A stretch of 64,000 nt of DNA from NCBI GenBank assembly GCA_964406185.1, contig CAYOQS010000004.1, positions 72,616 through 136,615 on the forward strand, written 5' to 3'. The stretch's first letter is position 1, and every line of letters starts with the position of its first letter. A program made the position numbers and the translations under genes. Shown here one piece after another: positions 61,711 through 64,000 of the stretch. The notes under the pieces were generated by a model. It made no database searches. It was not told where the DNA came from and saw only the letters and a program-made list of their open reading frames with translations. This DNA is from an uncultured Methanosarcinales archaeon. Its GTDB lineage: Archaea > Nanobdellota > Nanobdellia > Woesearchaeales > UBA11576.

Positions 61711-62736
61711 TTACTTCTTGGCCCCGCGTGCTACTTTCGCTGGCCATGTCTTGCGGGAGCCGCCCTTCCTGGCTCGACTGGCCGGCTTTGCCTGACCTGC
61801 CGATTTCCCTTTGCAGCCTGTCTTCCTTGCTCGGCCCGCGCTCATGCCTGCTTTGTTTGCCTTAGCAGACCTGACCGCCTTTGTTTTTTTCTTTGCCGGA
61901 GGCTCCTTTCTTATGATTGCCTTTGATGATTTTGCAGCCTTTGCATTCTTCCTGGCTGCTGGATCAGCTTTCTTCTTAGGTAAGCTCTTAGGTAGGCTCT
62001 TAGGTACGCTCTTAGGCACGCTCTTAGGCACGCTCTTTCGCAGGTAAAGCACCTTCCTCAAAAATCCCATCACCCCATATGCCTCCCTTTTGGTAAGCAT
62101 CGCCTTGCCTATAAGCTTCTTCCAGAGCTTCTGCTGCGTCTCTTTCTTATCTGGTGTCTCCCACTGCATGGAGTTGAATATCTCGTCGAACATCCTGAGT
62201 ATCTGGTCTTTCTCCTGCTTGCCTATGGGTGTTATGTGGCTTGTTATGTCTGCGGTCGCCAGCTTCTTGTGGAGTTCGTAGAGTATGACCGCGACTGAGT
62301 GTGATATGTTGAGCGTAGGGTACTTGCTTTGGGTTGGTACTGTGACTATGAAGTCGCATCTTGATATCTCTTCGTTGAACAGGCCGTGCGTCTCCCGGCC
62401 TATGACTATGCCTATCTTCTTTTTCGGGTCTATAGTCCTGAGCTTCGCTGCGAGCTCTTCCGGCTTCAGAGGGCTGCGGTTTATGTTGTAGTCTGTCCCC
62501 AGCCTTGCTGTGGTGGCGACCAGGTAATCGTAGTCGTCGACTATGAAGAAATCTACCACTTCAGCGTTCTCGAGCACTTCCTGGGCGTGCTTCGCCCTGT
62601 TCCTCGCTTCCGGTCCGAGGTAGTCGCAGTGAGGGTTTATTAGGACGAGATTGTCGAAGCCGAAGTTCTTCATGGCTCTTGCGACTGCTCCTATGTTGCC
62701 TGGCGTGACCGGTTCTAGAAGTATGACATATATCAT
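61711..62736 (-). CDS. SpoU/TrmH-family (TrmJ-like) RNA 2'-O-methyltransferase with a ~110-aa Lys/Ala/Pro-rich C-terminal tail
   Basis: LLEPVTPGNIGAVARAMKNFG, IVIGRETHGL and LNISHSVAVILYEL are SPOUT motifs. The tail is KSVPKSVPKSVPKSLPKSLPKKKADPAARKNAKAAKSSKA... Confidence 0.8.
   Translation of the reverse strand: MIYVILLEPVTPGNIGAVARAMKNFGFDNLVLINPHCDYLGPEARNRAKHAQEVLENAEVVDFFIVDDYDYLVATTARLGTDYNINRSPLKPEELAAKLRTIDPKKKIGIVIGRETHGLFNEEISRCDFIVTVPTQSKYPTLNISHSVAVILYELHKKLATADITSHITPIGKQEKDQILRMFDEIFNSMQWETPDKKETQQKLWKKLIGKAMLTKREAYGVMGFLRKVLYLRKSVPKSVPKSVPKSLPKSLPKKKADPAARKNAKAAKSSKAIIRKEPPAKKKTKAVRSAKANKAGMSAGRARKTGCKGKSAGQAKPASRARKGGSRKTWPAKVARGAKK
61973..62032. repeat. 12-bp tandem repeat (CTCTTAGGYANG) x5 encoding (KSVP/KSLP)5
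   Basis: ttcttaggtaag ctcttaggtagg ctcttaggtacg ctcttaggcacg ctcttaggcacg. Confidence 0.9.
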
Positions 62737-62740
62737 TGTA

Positions 62741-63922
62741 TCAGACTATGAGGCTGCCCAGCCATTTGATCGCCGGCCAGAATATGTTTATCGCCAAGAG
62801 CAATAGTGTCGCGACGCTTATCTTCCTCCACAGGGTGTTCCCTTTTTCCTTGCCTTTTATCTTCTCGAGCGTGACCTGGAGCATCCTTCCGCCGTCGACA
62901 GGCCCGAGCGGGAGGAGGTTGGCAAGGCCTATTCCCAGGCTGAGGAGTCCTGTTATTGCGAAGAGCTCTCCGAACCATGCTATTATGACATGCAGTATCT
63001 TGAACCATGACGCGTCGTTGGTCAGTTCTGTCGCTGCCCTGCTTGACGCCATCACTCCGAGATATCCCTGATTGGGATCCTGCGGGCTTTCCGCGACAGG
63101 GAACGAGTAGGACGTGCCGTTCGCGACTATGTCGACTGTCTCGTTGGGCCGTATGCGGGACAGCTGTTCTGTGAACTGCGGGTAGTCGTTTATGGGCGCG
63201 CCGTTGATCTCAGTTACTATCATGTTGCCTTTCATGCCTGCTTCTGCTGCGGGATAACCGTCTGTAACCCCGACTATCTCCGCGCCTATATTCTCTTCCA
63301 TCGCTCCTAGTCCTGGTGCGAATATGTATGTGAGGAAGAAAAGGCACACCAGCGCGAGCAGCACGTTTGACCACGGCCCTGCCGCGTAGACTGAATATTG
63401 TGTAGTGTCTTTCTGTTTCCTGAGGTTTTTCTCTTCGGGCTCTACAAACGCTCCCATGAGCGGGCCGAGGAAGAATATGCCTGATGACTTGACAGGTATG
63501 TTGTGGGCCCTTGCCACTACACCATGCGAGAACTCGTGCACGAGTATGACTATGAAAAGAGCTATCCAGCCTGTTATGAGAGGTATCATTATCGGGCTGC
63601 CGGGTATCTTGACACCTGGAACCACGACGCTGACTGCGGAAACTGCGGTCGGCACTGTGAGGAGTGTGACGAGGTTCTTTAGGAGGAAGTAGACGATCAC
63701 GAACAGCCCTATGTATCCTGCTCCTATGCCTATGTAGCCTATCAGCTTGACGAGTTCTGAGTGTTTTCTGCCTATCCTGTCCATGAGCTTCAGGCCGATC
63801 TTGGTCTTGTACATGGCTATGAACTTGTGGTGGATGTCGAACTTATTCCTGAATATTATTATGAGAAGTACGATTGCAGAATAGAACAGGATGACCCATT
63901 TGTAGTCTTCGAAAAAAGTCAT
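62741..63922 (-). CDS. M50-family site-2 protease with PDZ domain
   Basis: HEFSHGVVA (HExxH) within a TM helix, a PDZ-like GAEIVGVTDGYPAAEAGMKGNMIVTEINGAPI, and a C-terminal NLLPLGPVDGG motif. Confidence 0.88.
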   Translation of the reverse strand: MTFFEDYKWVILFYSAIVLLIIIFRNKFDIHHKFIAMYKTKIGLKLMDRIGRKHSELVKLIGYIGIGAGYIGLFVIVYFLLKNLVTLLTVPTAVSAVSVVVPGVKIPGSPIMIPLITGWIALFIVILVHEFSHGVVARAHNIPVKSSGIFFLGPLMGAFVEPEEKNLRKQKDTTQYSVYAAGPWSNVLLALVCLFFLTYIFAPGLGAMEENIGAEIVGVTDGYPAAEAGMKGNMIVTEINGAPINDYPQFTEQLSRIRPNETVDIVANGTSYSFPVAESPQDPNQGYLGVMASSRAATELTNDASWFKILHVIIAWFGELFAITGLLSLGIGLANLLPLGPVDGGRMLQVTLEKIKGKEKGNTLWRKISVATLLLLAINIFWPAIKWLGSLIV

Positions 63923-63931
63923 TTTGGTGTA

Positions 63932-64000
63932 TCACTTCTTTTTCATGAGCCGATGCGCCGCATCATTGGCGGCTTTGAAGGTTTTACTTCTTTCGTTTCG
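63932..64000 (-). CDS. Possible C-terminal end of an unidentified protein (gene starts beyond the right edge)
   Basis: The minus-strand frame ...RNERSKTFKAANDAAHRLMKKK* ends at TGA (63932-63934). Only 22 codons are visible, so the evidence is weak. Confidence 0.3.
   Translation of the reverse strand, partial: RNERSKTFKAANDAAHRLMKKK

Overview
The window looks like an archaeal chromosome segment, and coding density is about 90%. The archaeal markers I recognise by eye are aEF-1beta, Orc1/Cdc6, Trm1, aIF5B, an archaeal-type TIM, aCPSF1/FttA, the proteasome beta subunit and an archaeal-type ProRS. Several sugar enzymes are bacterial or eukaryote-like: type I GAPDH, class II FBP aldolase, PfkB kinase, bacterial-type glucokinase and two GT3 glycogen synthases. 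With the streamlined layout, this suggests an uncultivated small-genome (DPANN-like) archaeon, but that is inference only. I found no rRNA, tRNA, CRISPR array, transposase or integrase.

Main blocks:
1. 1-13.9 kb: translation and replication housekeeping. It includes orc1/cdc6 flanked by repeat-rich spacers, two orphan genes, and a RelA/SpoT-like nucleotidyltransferase.
2. 15.4-23.5 kb: a seven-gene same-strand operon, GT3 glycogen synthase-gap-pgk-pfkB-fba-tpi-pgi.
3. 23.5-28.6 kb: a hydBGDA-type (group 3b-like) NiFe hydrogenase operon preceded by hypA. Its small subunit carries extraordinary poly-lysine extensions.
4. 28.7-32.5 kb: HMG-CoA reductase and PEP synthase.
5. 33.6-37.0 kb: hypC, a HypC-like fusion protein, a maturation protease and a second large/small hydrogenase pair.
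6. 37.3-51.2 kb: a glycogen supercluster with GT4/5, GH57, a second GT3, GalT-like, PGM, debranching enzyme, glucokinase and GH15. It is interrupted by a MinD/ParA ATPase and two paralogous charged partner proteins. This is my top candidate for an undescribed system.
7. 51.3-64 kb: a multi-hairpin non-coding element, an AbrB-PhoU regulator, a 986-aa acidic protein ending in an HTH, aCPSF1, psmB, an acidic surface protein, proS, a TrmJ-like methyltransferase with a Lys-rich tail, and an M50 protease.

All functional calls rest on motif recognition by eye. No database search or alignment program was run. Several start codons were moved from the ORF-track value to internal ATGs, with the reason given per feature.
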